This document shows positions 40,101 through 50,017 of a stretch of 64,000 nt of DNA, piece by piece; position 1 is the stretch's first letter; every line of letters begins with the position of its first letter. The stretch comes from Gnetum montanum (Eukaryota > Plantae > Gnetophyta), in contig MNCI01001177.1 in NCBI GenBank assembly GCA_015680685.1, forward strand, positions 147,412 through 211,411. The letters run 5' to 3'. A model generated the notes under the pieces. The model ran no database searches, had not been told where the DNA came from, and worked only from the letters and a program-made list of their open reading frames with translations. Made by a program: the position numbers and the translations under genes.

Positions 40101-41442
40101 GTATGGGGTCTTGCTCTATTAAATAAATATTGAAAACAAATAGAAGAAATTCAAAAGCTTTGTATGCTTGATGAATTTGAAATGAAGAGAGACAAAATAT
40201 GATATTATGCTTCTTGAAGTAGAGATGATGCCATTACATTTGTCAGTTTATAGCTTATAATCTATTTGCATTTTCATTGGATAAATATTTCAAAAAAGTG
40301 ATGATGGAAAACCCATAATAAAAGATAGCTTCATGAGGGAGTTCTATGGCTTAATAAATGGAATATTCAAGAGTACATTCTCTATTTTGATCTTGAGTTT
40401 TCAATTTGTTAAAACAAACAATATTTCAAAAACTTTGGGAAATTGTAGAAGGAAAATAACATTTCATTTGAATAATATCAGGAGACACCTCAATTCAAAG
40501 GCAGATTATTTATCCTCATCAAATACGATTCACAAATAGTAGAGCAAGAATGAGATTTTATTATCTGAGAGTTGAAATATGTAGATGGCTGAAAAATACT
40601 TGGGAAGAACAAATATGCAGACTCTGCAATATAAATAGCATTGAAGAGGAATACCACATTTTCTTGCAATGTCTTGCATTGGAGCACATTAGTCATATGG
40701 GGTATTACAATTGCAAATTTGGTTGATTTGTTAGCACTGTTACCAAGAACACTTGGTAATTTTCTAATTGATGTTTTAAAAACTCACAGTAATAAAATTT
40801 CAGTTTCAGATTCAATAAAATGAAATTTCTTTATGTTTAAACACTCAGATCTCATGCAGTATTTTGTTCAATCATGAGCACATTTTCTTTTAGTTTGTTT
40901 TAAAACAGCAAAGTGTCAAAAAGAATTGGAAATTTAGTTTGAAGATTACTTTTTAATATATCAACTTGTATGTCCCATGTTCAGCTCTTCAAAATTAGTG
41001 AAGAAATAGTCATTGATGCAACCGAGAAGGGAAACATGGCACGGCTTATCAATCATTCTGTAAGCTTCCTCCGTTTTCTTTTAAAACGATTTTTAGTTTC
41101 CATGGCTTTTATTAACTATAGAATTCAATGGGAATCTGAAGAAAAATTGTATGGTGAAATGGCTGTACCATGTCAGTGTTCACCAAATTGTTATGCAAGA
41201 ATCATTAGCGTGGGCGGCGTGGAATGTCGAATTGCCTTAATTGCCAAGAAGGAAGTTACTGTTGGGGAAGAGTTAACGTGAGTCTTTCACATTGAGAATT
41301 GAAATTCAAATTTACGCAAATCATGTTTATGTTGTTCAGCAACTTTTGTTGGAACTGCAGCTATGATTATCAGTTTGATCCAGAGGAGTGCAAAGTACCT
41401 TGTCACTGTGGAGCATCAAATTGTCGGCAATTCATGAACTAG
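9138..41442 (+). CDS. ATX3: ATX3/4/5-class histone-lysine N-methyltransferase (H3K4), spliced gene, ~1054 aa
   Basis: Exons joined by hand, all GT-AG and in phase: 9138-10109, 10212-10267, 10364-10568, 12023-12148, 12301-12369, 12502-12573, 12654-12730, 14277-14415, 25547-25652, 25741-25840, 26078-26202, 26351-26496, 26673-26777, 26974-27041, 27209-27431, 28933-29016, 29101-29157, 29249-29338, 29642-29728, 40985-41059, 41177-41277, 41361-41442 (3165 nt including TAG). Diagnostic motifs: [16 protein letters not shown]; PWWP ([15 protein letters not shown]); [37 protein letters not shown]; [15 protein letters not shown]; IHGWGLFAR; [16 protein letters not shown]; [20 protein letters not shown]3 cannot be told from ATX4/5 by eye. 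Confidence 0.92.
10212..10267 (+). CDS. ATX3: ATX3-like exon 2 (end of [17 protein letters not shown])
   Basis: tgcag| acceptor, |gtagg donor; matches the ATX motif YAWV..MIFPF. Confidence 0.88.
10364..10568 (+). CDS. ATX3: ATX3-like exon 3 ([15 protein letters not shown])
   Basis: tgtag| acceptor, CAG|gtgac donor, phase consistent. Confidence 0.85.
12023..12148 (+). CDS. ATX3: ATX3-like exon 4 (CSSCG...CAYCLK zinc-binding segment)
   Basis: tgtag| acceptor, AAG|gttgt donor, 126 nt open. Confidence 0.8.
12301..12369 (+). CDS. ATX3: ATX3-like exon 5 (PHD1, [10 protein letters not shown])
   Basis: tacag| acceptor, TGG|gtact donor. Confidence 0.85.
12502..12573 (+). CDS. ATX3: ATX3-like exon 6 (PHD1, [14 protein letters not shown])
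   Basis: tacag| acceptor, CTG|gtgag donor. Confidence 0.85.
12654..12730 (+). CDS. ATX3: ATX3-like exon 7 (end of PHD1, LCPDC)
   Basis: tgcag| acceptor, AA|gtaag donor (phase 2). Confidence 0.82.
12946..13031 (+). other. Defective or skippable ATX3-like exon 8 (in-frame TGA)
   Basis: ttcag| acceptor; reads [27 protein letters not shown], resembling the ATX VVCxGxEGxY segment; TGA at 12980-12982. Confidence 0.55.
14277..14415 (+). CDS. ATX3: ATX3-like exon 9 (SAND-like, [19 protein letters not shown])
   Basis: ggcag| acceptor, TGG|gtttg donor. Confidence 0.85.
15639..16021 (-). mobile_element. 5'-truncated L1-like LINE copy (383 bp)
   Basis: 18-bp TSD GAATTGATCACATATTTT at 15621-15638 and 16022-16039; similar to the 3' end of the LINE at 16940-17410. 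Confidence 0.85.
16465..16492. repeat. Perfect 28-bp palindrome
   Basis: AAGCTTACCCAATTAATTGGGTAAGCTT. Confidence 0.95.
16493..16921 (-). mobile_element. RTE-clade LINE relic, 3' part
   Basis: (TTC)n/(TCA)n tail followed by ccttatcccaattacgtggggtcagctat, a typical plant RTE 3' end; decayed RT C-terminal coding. Confidence 0.75.
16940..22595 (-). mobile_element. GC-rich L1-clade LINE, near full length, with internal deletion
   Basis: Poly(T) at 16938-16951; 18-bp TSD TCACCATAGAGTATTGTT at 16922-16939 and 22596-22613; ORF1 [18 protein letters not shown]; ORF2 [70 protein letters not shown]; frameshifts and N gaps. Confidence 0.93.
22614..22800 (-). mobile_element. RTE-clade LINE relic, 5' part (split by the L1)
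   Basis: Minus strand reads [27 protein letters not shown] and continues on the other side of the TSD. Confidence 0.78.
25547..25652 (+). CDS. ATX3: ATX3-like exon 10
   Basis: ttcag| acceptor, CAAG|gttat donor; ends LANFLQ, phase 1. Confidence 0.78.
25741..25840 (+). CDS. ATX3: ATX3-like exon 11 (start of PHD2)
   Basis: [34 protein letters not shown]; canonical splice sites. Confidence 0.93.
26078..26202 (+). CDS. ATX3: ATX3-like exon 12 (PHD2)
   Basis: [28 protein letters not shown]. Confidence 0.93.
26351..26496 (+). CDS. ATX3: ATX3-like exon 13 (ePHD)
   Basis: [20 protein letters not shown]. Confidence 0.93.
26673..26777 (+). CDS. ATX3: ATX3-like exon 14 (ePHD)
   Basis: [35 protein letters not shown]. 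Confidence 0.93.
26974..27041 (+). CDS. ATX3: ATX3-like exon 15
   Basis: [22 protein letters not shown]; |gtaagt donor. Confidence 0.88.
27209..27431 (+). CDS. ATX3: ATX3-like exon 16
   Basis: [17 protein letters not shown]...SVSRCRVY. Confidence 0.88.
27735..27810 (+). mobile_element. tRNA-derived SINE head or tRNA relic
   Basis: Pol III A box TAGCTCAATTGG (27743) and B box GGTTCAAATTCC (27787); no complete cloverleaf. Confidence 0.55.
28933..29016 (+). CDS. ATX3: ATX3-like exon 17
   Basis: [21 protein letters not shown]; aacag| acceptor, |gtaagt donor. Confidence 0.85.
29101..29157 (+). CDS. ATX3: ATX3-like exon 18
   Basis: [12 protein letters not shown]; agcag| acceptor, |gtcag donor. 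Confidence 0.85.
29249..29338 (+). CDS. ATX3: ATX3-like exon 19 (SET N-terminus)
   Basis: [30 protein letters not shown]. Confidence 0.93.
29642..29728 (+). CDS. ATX3: ATX3-like exon 20 (SET)
   Basis: [23 protein letters not shown]; |gtgagt donor. Confidence 0.93.
29930..31575 (+). mobile_element. Fragmented RTE-clade LINE relic with SINE-like and other inserts
   Basis: RT remnant [13 protein letters not shown] near 30210; RTE-type 3' end ctgatcccatgtagttaagataatgctaggatgg near 31535, similar to the reverse complement of 16520-16560. Confidence 0.6.
30437..30676 (+). mobile_element. tRNA-derived SINE relics (two adjacent heads)
   Basis: A box TAGCTCAGTTAG with a B-like AGTTAAATTCC; a second head, GTGGTGGTAAG..GGTTTGAGCTT, ends in a T run; a homologous copy lies at 38905-39075. 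Confidence 0.55.
32660..38650 (-). mobile_element. Old full-length L1-clade LINE (ORF1, EN and RT), decayed
   Basis: T run at 32660; [27 protein letters not shown] and GDPLSPYLF; YLR*PLF; EN relic near 36450-37100; ORF1 [10 protein letters not shown] near 38020, starting MMGDLGG at 38641; degenerate TSD aaaaa(g)ttacatt near 32646 and 38670. Confidence 0.85.
35171..35956 (+). mobile_element. Athila-type solo LTR nested in the old L1
   Basis: TGATGAG...CTCATCA termini; TATA near 35247; 3' end ttgtatggttgggcgt..ctactcatca matches the other LTRs; no PBS follows; TSD not recognisable and left boundary uncertain by about 25 bp. Confidence 0.7.
38905..39075 (-). mobile_element. SINE relic, same family as 30517-30676
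   Basis: Reverse complement gatggtaaggtgcatgtttctcaagttgtaagg..ggttcaagcttgg..gcattaagcctccaaatgatgaccc parallels 30521-30670. Confidence 0.55.
39250..40820 (+). mobile_element. AT-rich LINE RT relic, RTE-X-like
   Basis: [38 protein letters not shown] and [11 protein letters not shown] in the expected order; heavily decayed. Confidence 0.7.
40985..41059 (+). CDS. ATX3: ATX3-like exon 21 (SET)
   Basis: [25 protein letters not shown]. Confidence 0.93.
41177..41277 (+). CDS. ATX3: ATX3-like exon 22 (SET)
   Basis: [23 protein letters not shown]. Confidence 0.93.
41361..41442 (+). CDS. ATX3: ATX3-like exon 23 (post-SET and stop)
   Basis: [26 protein letters not shown]; TAG at 41440-41442. Confidence 0.93.
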
Positions 41443-43365
41443 ACGTAACCAGAGAGTTTGCCATTAAATTTCCCATTTTTTCTAATAATTGTTCCGGTCA
41501 ACAGGGCTTGAGCAGAAGTGTAAATAGAAATGCACATTCATGAATCTGGCTAAACAATTCATCAAAATAATTAGTTCTTGTTATTATACCATTTAATAGC
41601 AGAAAAGATTTGTTTGGGTATTGATATTATCGCAGCAGTTCCACGTCTCAATTTCTGTGTGACGTTCATTTGAAATCTTGAGCCCCTATAGGAACTTTTG
41701 TAATACTTCATATATTCGCTTGAGTGACAGTAATGCAACTGAAATTGAATTGAAAATTTTATCGAGTTTGTAAATTGCTTGGATCTACTGGATAAGAAAA
41801 ATATACATGTTATAAGGTTTGAGAAAGATAGTGTTCTTGGTAAACATTGAAAACAAATCAATCAAATTTGCGACCATAATATCCTATTAAACAGATTTGC
41901 GACCATAATATCCTATCTATGTTTAATGTATGCCAATGTAGAACATCATAGGAGAATGTGGTAATTTGTATTTCATTGTTGGCATATTAGTTCTTTGCGA
42001 GGAATTTTAAGCCATCTACATGTTTCAACTCTTAGATGATGATGAAATCTTCAAGAAGATGAGATCCCATTCATGCCTTCATCCTGGAGTGATAAGGAAT
42101 AGGATGGGAGTATATAACTAATGTGGCTTTGAATTAGCATCTCCTTGATACTATTTAAATAGAATGGTTTTTTCCTTTTACATTTTCCCAAAGTTCTTGA
42201 ACTATTGTATATTTTAACCAAATTGTGAACTAGGTTAGCATCAGGATAGAGAATGTACTTTTGAATATTCTGTTTGTTAAATCATAGAAGTCTCTCAAGA
42301 AACTATCCTTTATCATGGGTTTTTGTCATCACTTTTTTGAAACATTTATCCAATAAAGATGCAAATTATGTGTAGGCTATAAATTGACAAATAGCTTCAG
42401 TCTCCAATGACTTCATCTTTGCTTTAAGAAGCATAATATTATATTGTCCATCTCCACTTTAAATTTATCAAGTAAAATTGTTTTTTGAATGTTTTTTATT
42501 TTTTTGTAATATTTATTTCATAGAGCATGACCTTATACAACACACTGATCAAAAATAGTAGGTTGAACAATGATATGTTAAAAAGTTGTTTTCAAATGTC
42601 TCAAGCTAGAATAGATTTTTTCATATATTTACTTTTTAAAGTAAATAAATTTTACTTAGCACTTGCAGTAATTTATTGATCTCTCAAATATTGTAGGCCA
42701 AAATATTTGTAAAAGAAAATTATGTTCACATATTGATGTCCTATAGTAAAATTGTATGTGTGTCATAAATTATGATTTTTGTCATTGGATGTTAACTTTC
42801 ATTTTTGAATGTCCATAAAAGTCATCAAGAGTATTAAGTACTTGGTATAATCTTTCCATTGAATTTGAAATTAAGACAACATCATTAACACAGCTAGGGT
42901 TGTTTCAGTTGCAATTGTAAATTGAGTTGGTATTTTATGCATTCGCTTTTCAAGTTCAACAATAAAAAGCCTCAATAAAGCAAGAGAAAGAGCACATCTT
43001 TGTTTAACATCAACAAACTATGAAATAAAATTCTTTTTTGCTCATTTGTAAATTAAATGCATACTTCTTTGTAAAGTTTTTGGATTGTAAATAATCGTGT
43101 TAGGAACTTCTAAATTTTCAAAGTATGTACAAAGCTTGCTTTGAATGACAAAAATTATAGGCCTTAAAAAAAAAAAAATCCTACAATGCATATAAAAGTT
43201 TTTTTGTGCAAACTTTTTGCTCTATCTATAAGATATTTTAAAGTGATGAGATAATCTAACATGAGAAATTACATGTATCTAGTTTTCATTAGCCCATCTT
43301 TCAAATATAAACCTTAGAATAGTACCCAAAAGCTTAGCAAAAATGACCTAGGAGAGATTCCAAGA

Positions 43366-43774
43366 ATGAGAATGAAAGTTTCAACATACAACATGTTTGC
43401 AAGATCTTGGTTAGTGAAGGACAACATTTGCTATGTTCACCATGGACATTGGATTGGCATAAGCATTCACCATGGACGTTGGATTGGCATAAGTATTGAT
43501 ACCCATGGATCTTAGTAGAGTTACAAGATTTGGATGTTGATGTCTTATGCATACAAGAAGTCTTACCATGGGAATTCCTATACCAATTCCAACAAGACTT
43601 GAGAAAGATAGGATACAGAAATATTTACAATCAAAAAGGTTCTTGTAGAAGTTCTTTTTTGGAGCCATATAGATTAGTCTATTACAGAAATCACAACATG
43701 GATGGTTGCGTGATCTTTTATAAAGAAGCCAAGTTTGAATTAATAGAAAGATTTGAATGAAGTTTATAAGATAT
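43366..43774 (+). pseudogene. Intronless CCR4/nocturnin-like (EEP deadenylase) fragment
   Basis: MKVSTYNMFA..CSPWTLDW..ILVELQDLDVDVLCIQEV..LRKIGY..DGCVIFYKEAKFELI; frameshift, stop codons and a 30-bp duplication; cut by the LTR at 43775. Confidence 0.75.
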
Positions 43775-44701
43775 TGATAAAGTCAAATTTTCTTCGCCTA
43801 TGATATTGTATCTACAATGTTGTATATCTAATATCGTAGCACAAGCTATGACATCGTAGATCCGATATCACAGGATGTGTGCAGCCTATTAATACAACAC
43901 TTAGGTGCACGAATCCACAAAAGTTTTCACTCCATAGTAACATAACTCTTTCAGTTTGTTTTTGTAATTTAGCACTTAGAAGTATGAATGCCCACAATGT
44001 AGTGCGACATAGTGAATGGAGTGTTTGTTTGAATATCTTGTACTTGGGCACAAGTGTGAGTGACAATAAAGATCGAGCTATTTCATACTATTGTAGCATT
44101 CTCTTAGTTTCCTATTTTACTTAGCATAATGTTTACTGTTTTCCTAGTTAATGTTTTACTATTCCTATTGTTATTAAGCAGAATGAGTACGACTAATTTG
44201 GAGTACTTAAGTGTAATTGCTTGGTACACCTAGTAGTAGTACACTTGGTATCCTAGTAGTAGTTACACAAAGCCCAAGGTGTGTACACAAGACCAAGCAT
44301 TGGCCAAACGAACCCTTGTGACCAAGCGTTGGCCAAACAGACCCTCATGACCAAGTGTTGGCCCAACAAACCCTTGTGACCAAGTGTTGGCAAGAACGGA
44401 TGCTCATTGCCATAGGCCAAAATATATTCATTTACTTGTTTTACTTAGAATTAGAAACTACTTTCATTCTTATCATGTTTGCTAGGAGTAAGAATGGCCC
44501 AACAACATTAGATATCATACATCTCATGGTGAGCGAAACCATACACACAGACTTCACTAGCTCCATGTGGGAAGATAATGGTCTCGAACTTAAATCAATT
44601 GCTAGCATAATTACATTGCCTTGTCCACGGATTATGATCTAGTCATACATGAATGCCTATGACTTGTATGGTTGGGTGTTGGATTGCTCTACCACTCATC
44701 A
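43775..44701 (+). repeat. 5' LTR of the + strand Athila-like element
   Basis: TG..CA termini, TATA-like sequence near 43886, PBS follows directly. Confidence 0.85.
44291..44399 (+). repeat. 29-bp tandem repeat, ~3.7 copies, inside the LTR
   Basis: GACCAAGYRTTGGCCAAAC.. units start at 44291, 44320, 44349 and 44378. Confidence 0.9.
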
Positions 44702-44720
44702 TTGGCACTGTTTCTAGGGA
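44702..44720 (+). promoter_or_regulatory. Primer-binding site (tRNA-Asp type)
   Basis: ttggcactgtttctaggga, a variant of the Athila PBS TGGCGCCGTTGCCGGGGA. Confidence 0.7.
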
Positions 44721-47700
44721 CAAGTCAATGTATGCTAAGTAATTGATTTCATAAAGTTCGTTGTATCAAGAACCCAAAGTTACAATCCATAATTTTCTAA
44801 TAACTTTAAAAGTAAGTACACTTAACCAAATGTCTTAAACCACAACATGGCTTCAAACAAGGATACATCATCATCTACCAAGGAGACAAAATGAGGCGAT
44901 GATAGAATTAGCAACGAAGAAGAATTAGCGCTCAGCACCCCTCATGCGCTAGACAACTCTATGGAGCATGAATCTAGGTAAGGCACTTGATGGGTATCAT
45001 ATGACCAAACACATGACATGACCCTATCAGTCCACTGAGGAGCAAGTAAAGAGAGATGTTACCATGGAAGTTAAACATCTCCAAAATAAAGGAAAGAAAG
45101 TCAACTCTCCTATTGTCTTAGAAGAGCTTGATGGTGATGCATTTGTCACTAAGAAACTCCACTAAAATCATGAAGTCCACAGATACCTATTATTTGATTG
45201 GAGGAACTTGTCAAAGTTCAACTGCATTTCACTCTAGCAAAGACACCTAAGAGGGAGGTAATTGACTTAGAGTACAAGCAAGACTCAAGGCCAAGATTTT
45301 TTACCAGATTCGACAAAGAAGAATACTAGAGTCATGAAAGGAGAACAAGTTGACACCATTCTCCTACTGCCTCATCCTCATCTGCATGTTCATTAGTGGA
45401 CTCTGATAGGAGGAGCCGAAGGCACCAAGACCATGACAAGGAGGAGAGAAGGATTCATGATCACCACGACTAATGCCTGAGGCATTCAGATGAGGAAGAT
45501 GAAGATTATGAACAAAGAAGATGCAAGAATAAAAGAGAAGATAGAGAACGACATGAGCACTGAAGGGGGTATCAGTACAATAGAGCCAACAAACTCAGTT
45601 ACGATGATGAACCCCTATTGGCTACTTGAAGCATGATCAACATTAGGGAAGTTGTTTATATTCTAACTAGGCACGTCAGGGATAGCCGTATCAAACAACT
45701 AGATATAAATAACATACCTAGATTTGAGTGTGGTTACAATGCTGATTTACAACACCACCTCCAAGCATTCCATGATGCCTATGCCTTGCAAAATGTTGAA
45801 AGTAATTGGTAGAAATTAAAGTTGTCCCCATGAACACTTGTAAAAAAAGCTAAGAGCTGGTACAGATCGCTTGAACCAAAATCAATCAGGAGATGGAGTA
45901 CCATGCTAGAAATCTTCAATGAAAAATATCAAACTTATTCATGGGTGTTAAATCTAAGGAAATATATCCAAGATGGAAGCAAGGGACCCATGAATCCATT
46001 AATGTAGTAATGGGTAGGTATTATTCACTGTTGCATAAATGCCTAGACCATGGATTCTTACAATAGGAACAACTAAGGCACATTGTTGATGGGTTATAGA
46101 ACAAAACCAAAGAGAGCCTTGGGATTTATGCCTAAGGATGATTGTTAAAGATGTTTGTCCATCATATACAGATATTGATTGATCAAGTGACAAAGGAGAA
46201 AGATGAGTTAAGAAAGAGAGAATCAATAAAAGAATATAATAAAGATCCATCTATTAGGAAAGGGATGTAAGAGTTTGTGACACAGGAAGAAGAAACCTTG
46301 GATTAGGCAATTCAGATGAAAACTCTACCTATCCAAAAATCTATCATTGATATAGTAGCATAGGTAGCAAAATTATGGGACTCAGTTGATGAGAGATGTA
46401 CAAAAACCTTGAAGATTATGGAGGAGTGAATACAGAAAGTCTTTGATAAAGGCAAGGACAAGAAAAAGAAGAGAGATTTTGGATGAAAGGGCAAGATGGC
46501 TTTAGTGTCTAAGTGTTCAAACACAAGCTTTAAAGATGAGGAAGGATGTGCCATATGCCATATGAACATCCTAAAGGACATTGTCTAGTAATGACACATT
46601 TATAAGAAATAAGGGCATATGCACTTAACCCTAGATTTTTCAAGAAACAAATGCTCAAAAAGTTACCTTACCCTCAAGGTAACTACAAGCAGAACTTCCA
46701 ACCCACGTACTATCCTAGCAGAGCTTTAACACATTCATAAGAATAATACTATCAGCAGTGGCAGCAACCCCAATCGTAGGCCATGCCACCACCACACCAA
46801 CAATATCCACATCGGTAGCTAGATCCATATGGATGCTTTGTACAATGCCTAATCTCTCTTGGAAATGCTATTGTTCAAACTTTATAATACCATCCAACCA
46901 AGTACCACAGACCAACATTGCCAAGGATAGATCCAAACTCATACATGCATCCATTAGCAACTAGTTTTTCAAACCAACATCTAAATCCTTTACCACTAGT
47001 GCCACCTCCTATTATGCAATGGGAACTGCCGTCTCAACTACAATAGAAAAGCACAACAATGGTGGTTAATATGCAAGAGAAGGTGATTACATGTGAACCA
47101 TAATTCGGGAAATGACCATTCTTTCAAACGAGTCCTGAGAAGGTTTGACAGATGGGAAATGCATCTACTTCCATCCCATCTACATCTAATCCTCTTCAAC
47201 ATAACAAGCTTCCATCTTCATTGAACACTAATGTAACAATTGTTATGCTTACCGAAACAATTACTCATTGGATAAAGGTAGGAGCACTTCCATAGAAGTG
47301 AATTGATCCATGAAATCCCTTAGTTAACCTTCAAGTAGTAGGGCAAAAAACATGCAAGGCTTTACTTGATTCCAGGTTAGGAGTAAACCTAATCTCACAA
47401 GGCATGTATTAGGCTTCGAATCTACCACCATTAAAGAAGAGTAACATTTGGTTAGAGCTTGAAAACTAGTCAATCATAGTTCCACTAGGACAAGTGGATG
47501 ATGTGACCACAACTATCAATGGTTGGTCTTACCTTGTGTATTTTCTAGTAATTCATGTCAGTAAAAATAAGGGAAAATTTTCAATCATCATGGGAAGAGC
47601 ATGGCTTGGCATTGTTGATGCTAAACTTGGTAGTCATGGCTTGTCCTTGGAAATTTCCAAGGAAGATGAAGCCAACATCATACAAAGACATGGAGTTCCA

Positions 47701-48083
47701 TGTATTACATACAGTGATAATGGGTGCAATTGCGTGCAGAGAATATGGGCCATTAAATAGAAAGATACCAAGGAATGCAATAAATTTATAGAGGAAATAT
47801 GTATGCAAAAATGTCTGTATGTGATAGCCACACAACAAGAAGGCACCCAATGGCTGATCATATATAAAGAAACTTAATCCAACAAGTACATGGAACTAGC
47901 AAAGCAAATTGTCAGTGCCTACATTGAAGAAGTTGATAAGTGAGAACAATTAAGGGAAAGGCACTCCTACCCACACATAAGTCAAGAAGAAGAGACAGAC
48001 TAGGGACAATTGGAGATCCTAGACATTATGGAACTAGAATTGCTAGAATTAAAGGCCCTACTGGTAACATTAGAGTATGCTTT

Positions 48084-48600
48084 TGATGAGCAGTGGAGTA
48101 CCCAATACCCAATCATACGAGATACGAGTGTTCACGTGCAATCCCAATCAAACTCTGTAGATAAGGCAATGTTATTATACCAGTAATTGATTAGCATTTG
48201 CAATTTTTGTCTTCCCACATGAATTAGTAAAATTAATGCATTTGGTTTAAACTCATGGTGAGGTATATGATATTGATGTTGTATTGGCCATTGGACTCTT
48301 AGTAAACATGAAGTGAAAGTAAAGGTTTCTAAATATAAGTGATAGTAAAACAAATCTAAACTAGCCTATGTGATGAACAACCCGTCTTGATCTTCCAGTC
48401 ACATCTTGGACTTTGTGCAACTACTACTGGGATTACCAAGTACCACACTATTGGGTGTACCAAGTGATAGTACTATTGGATTACCAAGTAGTTATACTTA
48501 CGTGCTCAAGATCAGTCATACTCATTCCACTTAACAACATTAAAGGTAAATTGCAAGTATGGTAAATATTAACTATGAAAAATAGTAAAATAGTAAACTA
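48084..48600 (-). repeat. LTR C (3' half only)
   Basis: Colinear with 50018-50532, then joins directly to gag sequence. Confidence 0.82.
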
Positions 48601-49885
48601 TCCTTACTTCAAGATTAGTGATAGAATTTTGTATTGGCAAGGCTTGTTGTGAAATCACCTTGTCAAGATTTGCCTCTTTTTCCTCATCATAGATATGGAC
48701 CCCCTTCTTTTGAAGAGTTGGATCACAGTTATAGTCCTCTACTTTTACTAGTTCACATAGCTCTCCTTCTTCACTTGCCATTCACTTGATTAGCCTTTGT
48801 ATCTAATGGAATTTCAATTTGGATAATTGACCTTGGGCATAAATCCCAAGGGTCTCTCTCCTTTGGTTACGAAGTCCATCTATGATGTGGAAAAGCTACT
48901 CTTTTTGAGAGAGATCATGACCTAGACCTCTATGTAGTAGTAAATAGTATCTATCCAAGGCCACATCCAAGGATTCATGTTTTTCTTGCATCCATCCTTG
49001 GATTTGTTTCCTTAGATTGGACACTCTTGCATAGGTTTGGTATTTCTCATTGAAGAGTTCCAGCATTGTGAACCATCGATGGATTGAACCTTGTTCCAAT
49101 GATCTATTACCAACTTTTAGTTTTGTCAACTAGTGTCCTAGGAAAGAGCTTAAGCTTTTTCCACTTAATCTCAATGTTCTGCAAGGTGCAAGCATCATGG
49201 AAGGCTTGTAAGTGATGTTGTAGATTAGGATCATAGGCTCCTACAAATTTAGTGATGTTATTCATATCAAACCTTTTGATGTGACTTTCCCTTTGATGTC
49301 TATGGGGTATTCTAACTGCCTTTGTTATCTGTGTCATGCTCTTAGTAGCCAACAAGGATTCATCATCATTAGTCATGTCATGGTGATAATTTCTATTTCT
49401 AGTTGTCTAATTATGATGATTTTGTTCATGCTCACATTGATGATCTTGTCTATTTCTACTTCTGTCTTTATCTTGATCCCTATTTCTATACCAACGTTCA
49501 TCTTCATCAGAACTAGACATGGAAGAGGAAGAGGAAGATGGGAAACTAGAAGAATTGCCATGGCTGCTATATCTCCCCCATGGTCCCTTGATTTACCTCT
49601 TCTAGGTTTGGAGGAGGTCTTAGGCCTTGAGGCCCTCCTTGTTCTAGGATTTACTCCTTCTCCTCTAGGATTATCTACATTAGTTGAACATAGTATTTGA
49701 GTGTAGTANATAGGATTATCTACATTAGTTGAACATAGTATTTGAGTGTAGTAAGGGTCTAAATGAGCATATGAAACCCTTGCTTGTGATTGTTCACTCC
49801 AATTCACTTCAGTATCTATCCTATCATTTCTCTTATGAGTGTTCTCATCATATGGTGCATTATTGGTCCTATGTGAAGAAGACAT
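48601..49885 (-). pseudogene. gag pseudogene, unit 2 (truncated)
   Basis: HLQAFHDACTLQNIEIKWKKLKLFPRTLVDKTKSW; paralogous to 57380-58590. Confidence 0.8.
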
Positions 49886-50017
49886 GGTTTTGTTTGATAA
49901 TGTGTGTGATTTAAAATATTATTGTTTTCTAAAAGATAAATCATTAATACTTTTACAACAATCATTTATGATATAACTAATCTAGATAACTAGCATCATC
50001 CCTGGCAATGGTGCCAA

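Noticed and set aside
44291-44399. CRISPR-like 29-bp periodicity
   Set aside because: Contiguous tandem units with no unique spacers, inside a plant LTR; no cas genes
49281-49700. Hydrophobic + strand ORFs (also 58138-58452)
   Set aside because: Antisense of the D/R/E-rich gag N-terminal region
49665-49753. ~43-bp exact duplication in gag
   Set aside because: Centred on a single N and absent from the paralog near 58420; assembly artefact
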